A stretch of DNA of 64,000 nucleotides from Gemmatimonadales bacterium (GTDB lineage Bacteria; Gemmatimonadota; Gemmatimonadetes; Gemmatimonadales; GWC2-71-9): NCBI GenBank assembly GCA_041615815.1, contig JBFJCP010000004.1, positions 1 to 64,000 on the forward strand, in the 5' to 3' direction. Made by a program: the position numbers and the translations under genes. Positions 1 through 8,206 of this stretch are shown here, in pieces. The notes beneath the pieces are model-generated. The model was not told the DNA's origin. It searched no databases and worked only from the letters and a program-made list of their open reading frames with translations. Positions within the stretch are counted from its first letter, which is position 1, and each line of letters starts with the position of its first letter.

Positions 1-38
1 AACGGGGGCGGCGCCCAGCGGCGCCGCCCCCGTTATTT
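1..38. terminator. Intrinsic terminator-like hairpin
   Basis: Perfect 15-bp inverted repeat AACGGGGGCGGCGCC-cagc-GGCGCCGCCCCCGTT, 22 bp downstream of the stop of the minus-strand lipoprotein gene. Confidence 0.7.
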
Positions 39-56
39 CGTCCTCCGAATGTCGAC

Positions 57-1316
57 TCAGTTGGGGGGATGGACTCCACTCCCATCTGGACCGTAGTCAC
101 GGTCACGGCCAATACTCGGGCCGGAGGGGGTGACTCCGTCATTGTCGAACTGCCGGATCCATTGTCTGATGGACCCTGGGAACGGCTCTGTTCTTCCGTT
201 CTTTCCGAATGGGTCGGTGTACCACACCTCGGGTCCGTTGGCATTACTGATGCGAATCGAGTTGATGTCGACGTCACGCCGGGCGCCGTCGAAGGCCGAC
301 TGGGGATCGTCGAACGCAATGCCCTGAATCGATCCCTCGGCCGTGGACTCGTCGCACAGTCCCCCTTGCGCGCGCCGGCCATCGGCCGTCACCTCGTAGC
401 ACACGTCGATGGGGCGGCCCACGCCGTCCGGCATGGCAGGGTCGAAAAAGCGACTGGGATTGAAGACATTAAAGTATGGGCCCAGACTAGCCAGCCGGCT
501 TCCGCCCTCGGTCCGAATGCTGTGCGAAATCTGCCAGCTCTCTCGTAACCCGGATCCAAAGCTCGAGCGGTCGCCTTCTGCAACGAGAATGTGCTGCTCA
601 ATGCAGGTCCGATCCGGAATGAGGCGACGTCCGCCACCATTGGGTGAATTGGCTGGTGAGGGGGGGCCGACCTGAACATCCACGTCCCCATCGCAAGACC
701 GCACGAGTTCCCCGGCGTCGCCGATGATCGTGAGGAACGTCACCGAGAGTGCCGTGCCATCGCTACAGCGTGCGTGCCACGACAACTCGTGCAGGTTGTT
801 GGTGAACGCGTCCTTTGAGTGGGTTCCTTGGTGCATCTTGATCAACACGTCGCAGCGGATCTCGAAAATTCCAGACCCCGTGTTCATCTCGATGTCATTC
901 TCCCACTCCATTTTATGGCCAAAATGGTCCTCGTGTCTCGGGCCCGTCGGATCCCAGACATCCAGCAGTTCATTGGCGTACCCGAACGGAATGTCCCCCA
1001 CCTCGGCATAGAGATCGGAGCCCCGTGGGTCCCGTCCGTGGTCGTGTCCGAAGGTGCAACCCGTGGACGGATCGACCGGTGGATGCCACGTGGGATACAG
1101 CTTCCCGTCCGGTCCTACCACCGCATACTGATTGTGAATCTCGGGCGTGCAGGTGTCCGTGGAGGTCGGATTCCAAATCCCGAATGCGACGCTCAATCCT
1201 GCAGGTGCGTCTTCTGGTCCTACGGTCGAATCACCGCTACAACCTGCAAGGAACAGCACGGCCGGTACTGCCAAGACCGCTTGCAGGCGCTTGATCGTGC
1301 AAATCGCCACTCGCAT
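57..1316 (-). CDS. His/Cys-rich lipoprotein of unknown function
   Basis: ATG 1316 with GGAGG SD; lipobox FLAGC; motifs WHPPVDP, CTFGHDHG, RHEDHFGHK, HQGTH, NLHE. Confidence 0.8.
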   Translation of the reverse strand: MRVAICTIKRLQAVLAVPAVLFLAGCSGDSTVGPEDAPAGLSVAFGIWNPTSTDTCTPEIHNQYAVVGPDGKLYPTWHPPVDPSTGCTFGHDHGRDPRGSDLYAEVGDIPFGYANELLDVWDPTGPRHEDHFGHKMEWENDIEMNTGSGIFEIRCDVLIKMHQGTHSKDAFTNNLHELSWHARCSDGTALSVTFLTIIGDAGELVRSCDGDVDVQVGPPSPANSPNGGGRRLIPDRTCIEQHILVAEGDRSSFGSGLRESWQISHSIRTEGGSRLASLGPYFNVFNPSRFFDPAMPDGVGRPIDVCYEVTADGRRAQGGLCDESTAEGSIQGIAFDDPQSAFDGARRDVDINSIRISNANGPEVWYTDPFGKNGRTEPFPGSIRQWIRQFDNDGVTPSGPSIGRDRDYGPDGSGVHPPN

Positions 1317-1532
1317 AGTGCGACACCTCCGAATTCCGCGGATCGCTGTGAGTTGGTTCCCGGGCTCGGGGGGCTGACCCGACCGATTGGAATGACACCC
1401 TTCAGGGTGCATGCCATGGCCGAGCGCGTGGGGGAGGGTGTACGTCAGAACAGAGTATGGTTTCGAGCGCGACTGAATGCTGTGACCGCGGTCACGCGGC
1501 TCAGCATGCAGTCCGTCACCCGTGACCATGGG

Positions 1533-2096
1533 TCAATGAAAGGTGAGCCCCAGGCCGATTTGGATGAGTGTCAGTGAAACGTCAGCGAGTCTTTCATTGC
1601 CTGATTCCAAGTTGGCAAACAACGATCCGACGAACGTGAGGTACGGTGTGAAAGAAAATGCGCCCACTTGGAGATCGTAACCGGCACCGAACTGACCGCC
1701 GAAACTTCGCGCGGTGATGTTATCCTCGTCCGGGTCGTTATCGTCGATGCGATATGCGACGAGACCAAAGCCACCTTTCAGGAACCAAGGCGTCCCCGTC
1801 GGGCTGGGATACCAAAAGCCGACGGCACTGATGGCGCCGAGTTCGAAATCGAGGTCCTCCTGTGTGTGCCGCCACCCGTTACCCTCCACGCCCAAGAGAA
1901 AACTCGGTGACACGGTGCCGCCAAACCGAGCGTAGCCAGAGAGCCCTCCATCTCGGTTGTTAATGCACACTTCGCAGCGCGCTCGGGCGAATCCGAATCC
2001 CACGCCGCCGCTCACCCAGACACCTTGCCGTTGCGCCTGGAGATCCGTGCCCCACAGAGCGAGAACAGCCACCAGGGCGATGCGAACAAAGGGCAT
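1533..2096 (-). CDS. Small outer-membrane beta-barrel protein
   Basis: ATG 2096 with GGAGG SD; signal peptide; amphipathic beta-strands; C-terminal beta-signal-like IGLGLTFH; CEVC in the first loop. Confidence 0.75.
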   Translation of the reverse strand: MPFVRIALVAVLALWGTDLQAQRQGVWVSGGVGFGFARARCEVCINNRDGGLSGYARFGGTVSPSFLLGVEGNGWRHTQEDLDFELGAISAVGFWYPSPTGTPWFLKGGFGLVAYRIDDNDPDEDNITARSFGGQFGAGYDLQVGAFSFTPYLTFVGSLFANLESGNERLADVSLTLIQIGLGLTFH

Positions 2097-2148
2097 GCAA
2101 CCTCCACGCGCGGTGGCGCCACTTGCCGCCCTCCGCGTCTCGACCAGT

Positions 2149-2586
2149 TTAGTTATTGGGTGCGCCATTGGTGATCCATGACCGAATCGAGTCGATCTGT
2201 GCTTGGGCCAACGCTCCGCCGAGAGGCATTTGCGTCGCCATCCCGCCGACGGCGCCGGCATTGCCCTCGAGCTTGAGAATCAGATAACTCGAGTCGGGGC
2301 GCTCGGGATCTACCCGCAACAGCCCGGCAACTTGCTGTGACGGTACATTGACGATGTTGGCGTAGGCCTGGCCCTGACTCAAATTCATATTCTCTTGCGG
2401 GCTCGCACCGGCGTGACACTGACTTGTCGCACAACTCTGGTTGAAGATGGTTTGGACCACTCCGCTAAACGTGATCGCTGCGGGGGGCTGCGGTCCGGTG
2501 GGCGGGCCGTTATCGCCGCTGCTGCAGGCGATGGCGCCAAGGGCCATGGCAATCAAGCAGATTGCCAGCGAGAGATCTCTGGTCAC
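2149..2586 (-). CDS. Lipoprotein, probable monoheme cytochrome c with CX4CH motif
   Basis: Lipobox AIAC; CATSQCH; distal MP motif (QMPLGG) and IRSWITNGA ending typical of planctomycete-type cytochrome c domains; start uncertain (GTG 2586 or ATG 2622). Confidence 0.7.
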   Translation of the reverse strand: MTRDLSLAICLIAMALGAIACSSGDNGPPTGPQPPAAITFSGVVQTIFNQSCATSQCHAGASPQENMNLSQGQAYANIVNVPSQQVAGLLRVDPERPDSSYLILKLEGNAGAVGGMATQMPLGGALAQAQIDSIRSWITNGAPNN

Positions 2587-2761
2587 GGTTTCGTGTTCCG
2601 TCGGGGGTTGAGTAGGTAACATGCAACCACGCGGCGGCGCGGTCCGCGCGGGACCTCCCTACTTAGTACGGCCGGGCCGCCACGCCCGTGAGCCGCGTCA
2701 CAGCCTCACCTCGCCGTCGCGCACAGGAGACGGTGAGGCATACCTTAACTTCGTATCCAGC

Positions 2762-3706
2762 ATGCGAGTCCGTCCGATCTGGCTGTTGATCGTCACGCTC
2801 ATGGCCGGGGGGTGCGGGACCGGTGGCCTCACGGTCGTGCCCCGTCCCCCGGGTGAGCGAATCCAACTGATCGTCCGTGGTGACGATTTTGGGACGACCC
2901 ACGCCTCCAACATGGCCCTGCAGGAGGCCTTTGCCGACGGCATCATGACGTCAGCGAGTCTCCTGGTTCCGGGACCCTGGTTCCGGGAGACCGCCGCGCT
3001 CGTCCGGGATCACCCGGAGTGGCGCGTCGGTGTCCACCTGACGATCACCAGCGAGTTCAACCGCTTGCGCTGGGCTCCAGTCCTTCCGGCGCCGGAGGTC
3101 GCGACGCTCGTTGCACCGGACGGGGCGATGTATGGTGGAGGATACTTTGCCGATGATCCGGGGTTGACCAACGCCCACCGAGCCCATTGGGCCAGTGCGC
3201 CCCCGGATCCTCTGGAGGTCGAGCGTGAGCTGCGGGCTCAGATTCGGCTGGCCCAGGAGCAGGGCATCCGCGTGGATTATGTCGACTGCCACATGGGAAT
3301 GGCGTGTCGGGAGCTCTTGCCCGTGGTCCAGCGGATCGCCGAGGAGCTATGTCTGCCGATACCGGAGCAGGGGCTGTTGGGCGAGCGGGACGTGAACCTC
3401 GAAGATGCGGCCTATACGGAAGGGGAGGGCAAGGATGCCCTCCGGGCCATGCTGGAGTCCCTCACGCCTGGACTCTGGCGCTACATTGGGCATCCGGCGC
3501 ACGACACGCCCGAGCTGCGGGCGGTCGACAGTGAATGGGGGCCGCGGCTGGCGGCGCAGCGCGCGACCACGCATCGGGTGTGGCGCGATCCGGACATTCG
3601 AAAGGTGATTGCCCGCCGAGGGATCGAGCTCGTCTCGGTGGCGGATGTGTGGGACTATGAGGCCTGCGCACCGTCCGCTGAGCTGGCGCGGTCGAAGAAC
3701 AGATAG
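2762..3706 (+). CDS. ChbG/YdjC-family carbohydrate deacetylase, lipoprotein
   Basis: LIVRGDDFG, GIMTSAS, VGVHLT, DCHMG motifs; N-terminal signal ending AGGC. Confidence 0.85.
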   Translation: MRVRPIWLLIVTLMAGGCGTGGLTVVPRPPGERIQLIVRGDDFGTTHASNMALQEAFADGIMTSASLLVPGPWFRETAALVRDHPEWRVGVHLTITSEFNRLRWAPVLPAPEVATLVAPDGAMYGGGYFADDPGLTNAHRAHWASAPPDPLEVERELRAQIRLAQEQGIRVDYVDCHMGMACRELLPVVQRIAEELCLPIPEQGLLGERDVNLEDAAYTEGEGKDALRAMLESLTPGLWRYIGHPAHDTPELRAVDSEWGPRLAAQRATTHRVWRDPDIRKVIARRGIELVSVADVWDYEACAPSAELARSKNR

Positions 3707-4089
3707 GTGAAAAGGCCTTTGGCCGCCCGCTTGTCGTTCTGATACACGTCGACCTCGCACACGGCGACGCGCTGCCCGAACTGGACGACCTGGGACCGGG
3801 CGACCAACTCCCCGGCTTCGGGATGGACTGGGCGAAGGAAGTTGATCTTGAGTTCGATGCTGGTCATGCCCCGCTCGGGAGGAAGTTGTGGGAGGAGGGC
3901 ATACACGGCGGCCGTATCCGCGAGCGCAGTGATGATACCTCCGTGCACGACTCCCTCTCCTTGCGCGTACTCCGGCCGGAGCGTGAGGTGCATCTCGGCG
4001 TGATGCGGGGAGCGGTCGGTGAGCTTCCAGTCAAACAGCCGATTCACGGGAATGTCCCACAGGTTGCCCAGATCCTCGTAGGGGTTCAT
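3655..4089 (-). CDS. PaaI-family thioesterase
   Basis: GVVHGGIITALADTA, TSIELKINFLRP hotdog motifs. Confidence 0.9.
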   Translation of the reverse strand: MNPYEDLGNLWDIPVNRLFDWKLTDRSPHHAEMHLTLRPEYAQGEGVVHGGIITALADTAAVYALLPQLPPERGMTSIELKINFLRPVHPEAGELVARSQVVQFGQRVAVCEVDVYQNDKRAAKGLFTYLFFDRASSADGAQAS

Positions 4090-4170
4090 GGGACGCTCCG
4101 GTTCAGCTGGGGACTCGCGGGGACCTCGAGTTCTTTAGATTGTCTGGCAGTCCCTACGGGAGCGCGGTCC

Positions 4171-4326
4171 ATGAAGTCCCACGACCGGGAGCGGCGACCG
4201 CGGATCTTCGTCCCCCCGCCGCGGCAGCAAGACCGAGTGGCCGCTCGGAGACGTTTCTGGTTGTTCGTTGCAGCCGGACTCATTCTGTTGCTCGGTGTGG
4301 CCGGGATGTTCGTCTGGTTCACGTGA
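4171..4326 (+). CDS. Small single-pass membrane protein (51 aa)
   Basis: GGGAG upstream of ATG; basic N-terminus then FWLFVAAGLILLLGVAGMFVWF helix; fills the intergenic gap. Confidence 0.5.
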   Translation: MKSHDRERRPRIFVPPPRQQDRVAARRRFWLFVAAGLILLLGVAGMFVWFT

Positions 4327-4339
4327 GCCCGCACCCCGG

Positions 4340-5395
4340 TCACGCGGTTTCCTTCATGACGAACAGGGTCTGGGTGGGGTAGGCGAATTCGATACCTTTC
4401 TCCTCGAACGCTTCGTGGATCGCCAAGTTGACGGCTTGTTGGATATCCATATACGGGCCGAACGCAGGATCCAACACGTAATACACCGTTTCGAAGTTCA
4501 GCGCAAAGTCCCCATACGATCGAAAATGTGAGCGATCGAACCGCGTCTGCTCCTGTGCTTCGATGGCGCGTCGAATGATCTCCGGAATCAGTTTCAGGTG
4601 CTCGCGGGGTGTCTGATAGGTGACCCCGATGGTGAAGACAACCCGCCGCTCGGCCATACGGCCGTAGTTTCGAATGCGGCTCTTCAACAAGTCGGTATTC
4701 GCGAAGACCAGCTGTTCGCCGGAGAGGCTACGCACGCGGGTCGTCTTGAGACCGATGTACTCGACCGAGCCCATGTGATCGCCCAGGACCAAGAAGTCCC
4801 CAATGACGAACGGCTTGTCCAACACGATCGAGAGCGAGGAGAACAGGTCACCGAGGATGTTTTGCACGGCGAGTGCCACGGCTATCCCGCCCACCCCCAA
4901 TCCGGCCACCAGAGCCGTGATGTCCACCCCGAGATTGTCCAGGGTCAGGAGAAGTACCAACGACCAGAGGATCAGACGACCCACGAACCCGATGGCGTTC
5001 ATCGTGGTCACCGCGGCCGGGTCGTCTTCGAGCTCGCGTTCGCGGTAGCTCTTGAGCCAGAAGAGCAGGCCGCTGCTGAGCCAGATACCTGCCTGGATCA
5101 GAAGAGCGACCATCGAAACCTGGCGGATGATGGTGTCTGCTCGACTCGGGAGATCGATCAGGACCGAGCCACCGAACACACTGACGATGATAAGGAAGAG
5201 GAGCTTGGTCTTGCGCAGAGCGTGAATGACCAGGTCGTCCCATTGCGTCTTAGTGCGCGTCGTCAGTTTCTCGAGACGCACGATGAACACTTGTTGGATT
5301 ACCAGCAGCGCGAGAAAGGTGACAATGCTCACGCCGAGAGCCGTGAGCCACGCCTGCATGGGAATGTCGAGTAAGGTTTGGTCGAGGAAATCCAT
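4340..5395 (-). CDS. mscS: Small-conductance mechanosensitive channel (MscS family)
   Basis: ALVAGLGVGGIAVALAVQNILGDLFS, DKPFVIGD, IGLKTT, GIEFAYPTQ. Confidence 0.93.
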   Translation of the reverse strand: MDFLDQTLLDIPMQAWLTALGVSIVTFLALLVIQQVFIVRLEKLTTRTKTQWDDLVIHALRKTKLLFLIIVSVFGGSVLIDLPSRADTIIRQVSMVALLIQAGIWLSSGLLFWLKSYRERELEDDPAAVTTMNAIGFVGRLILWSLVLLLTLDNLGVDITALVAGLGVGGIAVALAVQNILGDLFSSLSIVLDKPFVIGDFLVLGDHMGSVEYIGLKTTRVRSLSGEQLVFANTDLLKSRIRNYGRMAERRVVFTIGVTYQTPREHLKLIPEIIRRAIEAQEQTRFDRSHFRSYGDFALNFETVYYVLDPAFGPYMDIQQAVNLAIHEAFEEKGIEFAYPTQTLFVMKETA

Positions 5396-5409
5396 GGTTG
5401 CTTTCAGTC

Positions 5410-7323
5410 TTACGTGTCTTGGAGCTTCTCGGCGAGGAGGTCGCGGGCGATTCCGATGAAGCTCGCTTCGTTGATGAGGCCAACGAGTTTACCGTTTTTG
5501 ACGACCGGCAGGGCGGAGACCCGTTTCTCCCGCATCAGTCCCATGGCCTCGATGGACGGTGTCTCTGGTGTGATCGTGATGGGGTTGGGTTCCATGATAT
5601 CACGGGCCGGCACCATGGGAGACTCGCTCACTCCTCGATGGGCCAGCAACCGAATGAGGGAGCGGTACGAGATGATCCCCACCAGCTTATGCCCGTTGTC
5701 CTCCACCATGACGTGCCGGAGCTGCTTCCGATCCATGAGAAAGGCGACGAAGTCGACGAGCTCGTCTTCGCGCACAGTGTACAGATCCGTTGTCATGTAC
5801 TGTTCGACCCGGAGGTAGTTGCGCTTCCAGTCTCCGGCCTCTTGCAGGCGGGCGGGTTCCCATTCGTGGCAAGGGAGTCCCGACCGCTGTCGATCGATGG
5901 TGGCGGCCGTCAGTGCCGCGAGGCGTTCGGAGTGGATGCCCGCCTCCTTCATGTCGCTCAACGACTCCAGCAGCCAGCGAGCGCCGGTGCGCCCACTGGC
6001 CACGCGGGCCTCGATGATGCCGCAGTACCGGTCGATGTCTCCCGCGGAGACGGCGACGGAACGAAGTCCCTCGCGGGCCAGGGGTAGGAGTTCTCCCAGA
6101 ATGAGCTCGCTGGCCGTAGGGGTTTGGCGCCGTACCCAGGTGAAGCCGGTGCTGAGACCGTGGCGTGCGGCAGCGAGAAAGTTGGCCTTGGCCTCGTCAA
6201 AGTCCATTAGACGGGTGATATCGCCATATTCGGCGGCCGCGCCCAGCATCAAGCCAACCCAAAAAGCGGCGTTGGCTACTTCATCGGTGATGGACGGACC
6301 AGACGGCAGGGTGCGACATTCAATGCGGAGGTGTGGCACACCGCCCGACACCCCATAGCAGGGTCGGTTCCATCGGTACACTGTGCTGTTGTGCAGTTGT
6401 AACGCCTTGAGGCTCGGAGCCCGCCCCGTAGCCAAGACCGCGAATGGGTCTTCATCGGTTTGGGTAGCCATCAACACGCGAAAGCGCGCCACATCTTCTT
6501 GAAATACCTCTAGCACGGAGCGCTCGATCCATTTTTCGCCGAATCGCACTCTAGGGTTGAGTTCTCGAAGGTGGGGCGACGTGCGTCGAGTGTCGACGGA
6601 CTGCTGAAAGAGCGCAATTCGCGTTTCATTCCAGAGACGCTTGCCGAAGAGCAACGGCGAGTTGACGGCAGCTGCGAGGACGGGAGCCGCGATGGCCTGC
6701 GCGATGTTGTAGTAGCAGGGGAACTCGTCGGCTCCGACCTGAAAGTGCACTTGGAAGCTCGTGTTACACGCCTCGAGCATCACCGACTCGTGCTCGATGC
6801 GAATCTCGTCGGTACCTTCGATTTGCAGTCTATAGGGACCGCCCCGCATGCTTGTCGTCGCTTCGTTGAGCGCGTAATAGCGCGGACGGGGGGTCATGTT
6901 GTCGAGGGACAGGTCGGACTTACTCAACGTGGGGAGGATGCCGGTCAGGGCAACGGCCGCACCGTGCCCAGCTGCCACGTGGGCCACCTGACCCACCAAC
7001 TCGGTCAGCTGTTGCTCGACTCGGCCAAAGGCATCGTCCCCGATGCGGAGCGGATCCAGATTGATCTCGAGATTGAACTGCGCCAACTCCGTGGTGAACC
7101 GCGGGTCTTGGAGCTCGTCGAGCAGGGCAACCGCGATGGGTGCCGGGCGCCACGCATGGTCCACCAGAAACATCTCTTGCTCTGCGCCGAACCGCCGCAC
7201 CCCGGATTCGATCATGTTGCTGGCGAGGATCTCCTCAAATGCGCGCAGGTCGTTCAGCAGCGATTTGGTGAACGAACGAATTGCTGCCGGATCGAGGTCC
7301 GGCGTGACGTCATGACGGCCCAT
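5410..7323 (-). CDS. Glutamate-cysteine ligase family (GCS2) protein with C-terminal CBS pair, paralog 1 (637 aa)
   Basis: GAEQEMFLV, TELAQFNLE, SFQVH, HLRIECR ligase motifs; CBS pair (VEQYMTTD...LPVVKNGKLVGLI). Confidence 0.88.
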   Translation of the reverse strand: MGRHDVTPDLDPAAIRSFTKSLLNDLRAFEEILASNMIESGVRRFGAEQEMFLVDHAWRPAPIAVALLDELQDPRFTTELAQFNLEINLDPLRIGDDAFGRVEQQLTELVGQVAHVAAGHGAAVALTGILPTLSKSDLSLDNMTPRPRYYALNEATTSMRGGPYRLQIEGTDEIRIEHESVMLEACNTSFQVHFQVGADEFPCYYNIAQAIAAPVLAAAVNSPLLFGKRLWNETRIALFQQSVDTRRTSPHLRELNPRVRFGEKWIERSVLEVFQEDVARFRVLMATQTDEDPFAVLATGRAPSLKALQLHNSTVYRWNRPCYGVSGGVPHLRIECRTLPSGPSITDEVANAAFWVGLMLGAAAEYGDITRLMDFDEAKANFLAAARHGLSTGFTWVRRQTPTASELILGELLPLAREGLRSVAVSAGDIDRYCGIIEARVASGRTGARWLLESLSDMKEAGIHSERLAALTAATIDRQRSGLPCHEWEPARLQEAGDWKRNYLRVEQYMTTDLYTVREDELVDFVAFLMDRKQLRHVMVEDNGHKLVGIISYRSLIRLLAHRGVSESPMVPARDIMEPNPITITPETPSIEAMGLMREKRVSALPVVKNGKLVGLINEASFIGIARDLLAEKLQDT

Positions 7324-7483
7324 TGGCACTCCGTGCGCGGTGTAGCGATTGTAGGGAGGGACCAACAGAGTGTCAACGGAGACGGATGATCGGGCAGACC
7401 GCTCTGGCACGGTCAAGTGCCGGCACAACGGGGATCAGCCCTCGACGGATGTAGTTTTCTTACTCGGTGGGTGAAGCGCCCGC

Positions 7484-8155
7484 TCAATGCCGACGGGTGA
7501 GCACGATGGCACCCCCGTCGTTGTCACCGGAGAATCGCATGTTGGCTTCAGACGCGGTGTAGAAGCGAACCTCCGCGATGGCCTCGGGGTCAAGCGAGCG
7601 CAGGAAGTCGAGCCCGCCAATGGGTTGGTTGTCGATGTAGACCCGGACCACGACGTTGTATCCGATGCGCGCGGGTCCGCGTGGGCGGAGCCATTGGGGC
7701 CGCAACCGCTGGAGTGCGTCGTACACGCTGGATGCCCGGGTACGCACGAGGTCCGCCGTGGTGAGTACGTCTTTCCCCGATCCGTCGTCCACTGCGTCAG
7801 GCATTGGCGGCACCAAGGTCAGCTCGCTCGTTCCTCCACCGCCGACACAAATGCCGAGGAAGCGGCCGTTATTCTGACGCTGGAGCTCGCAGGCAAACGC
7901 GCCCCACTGGAAGGTCAGGGTCTCGTTCTGGCGCTCGACATTTGTGACCTCAGACGGCGGTCCGTCGACCACGTTCATGGTGACGTGGTAGGCACCGCCA
8001 GGTCTCGTCACGTGATACACGACCGCCAAGACGGGTCCCTGGGAGAGTGACAGGGTTCCGGACCACTGACCCAGATCGAGCTCTTGCGCCGCCAACCCGC
8101 CAGGAACGGCCAGGATGGCGATGGCGGTGACAAGGCGACAATAAACGGTGCGCAC
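7484..8155 (-). CDS. Exported protein with C-terminal TonB-receptor plug-like domain
   Basis: Signal peptide; VLTTADL..SVYDALQRLRP..VYIDN..IAEVRFY..GGAIVL plug-like pattern; no barrel. Confidence 0.7.
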   Translation of the reverse strand: MRTVYCRLVTAIAILAVPGGLAAQELDLGQWSGTLSLSQGPVLAVVYHVTRPGGAYHVTMNVVDGPPSEVTNVERQNETLTFQWGAFACELQRQNNGRFLGICVGGGGTSELTLVPPMPDAVDDGSGKDVLTTADLVRTRASSVYDALQRLRPQWLRPRGPARIGYNVVVRVYIDNQPIGGLDFLRSLDPEAIAEVRFYTASEANMRFSGDNDGGAIVLTRRH

Positions 8156-8206
8156 GGGATCCTCGCTTGCGGATAGGACCGGCCCCTCCCTGGATTCTAG
8201 CGCGGA

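Noticed and set aside
3655..3706. 52-bp convergent overlap of the deacetylase and thioesterase genes
   Set aside because: Short tail-to-tail overlaps are common in GC-rich genomes; no evidence of function.
5410..7323. Calling the GCS2-CBS genes gshA
   Set aside because: The fold does not fix the substrate; the CBS fusion, the partners and the absence of an adjacent gshB argue against assigning it.
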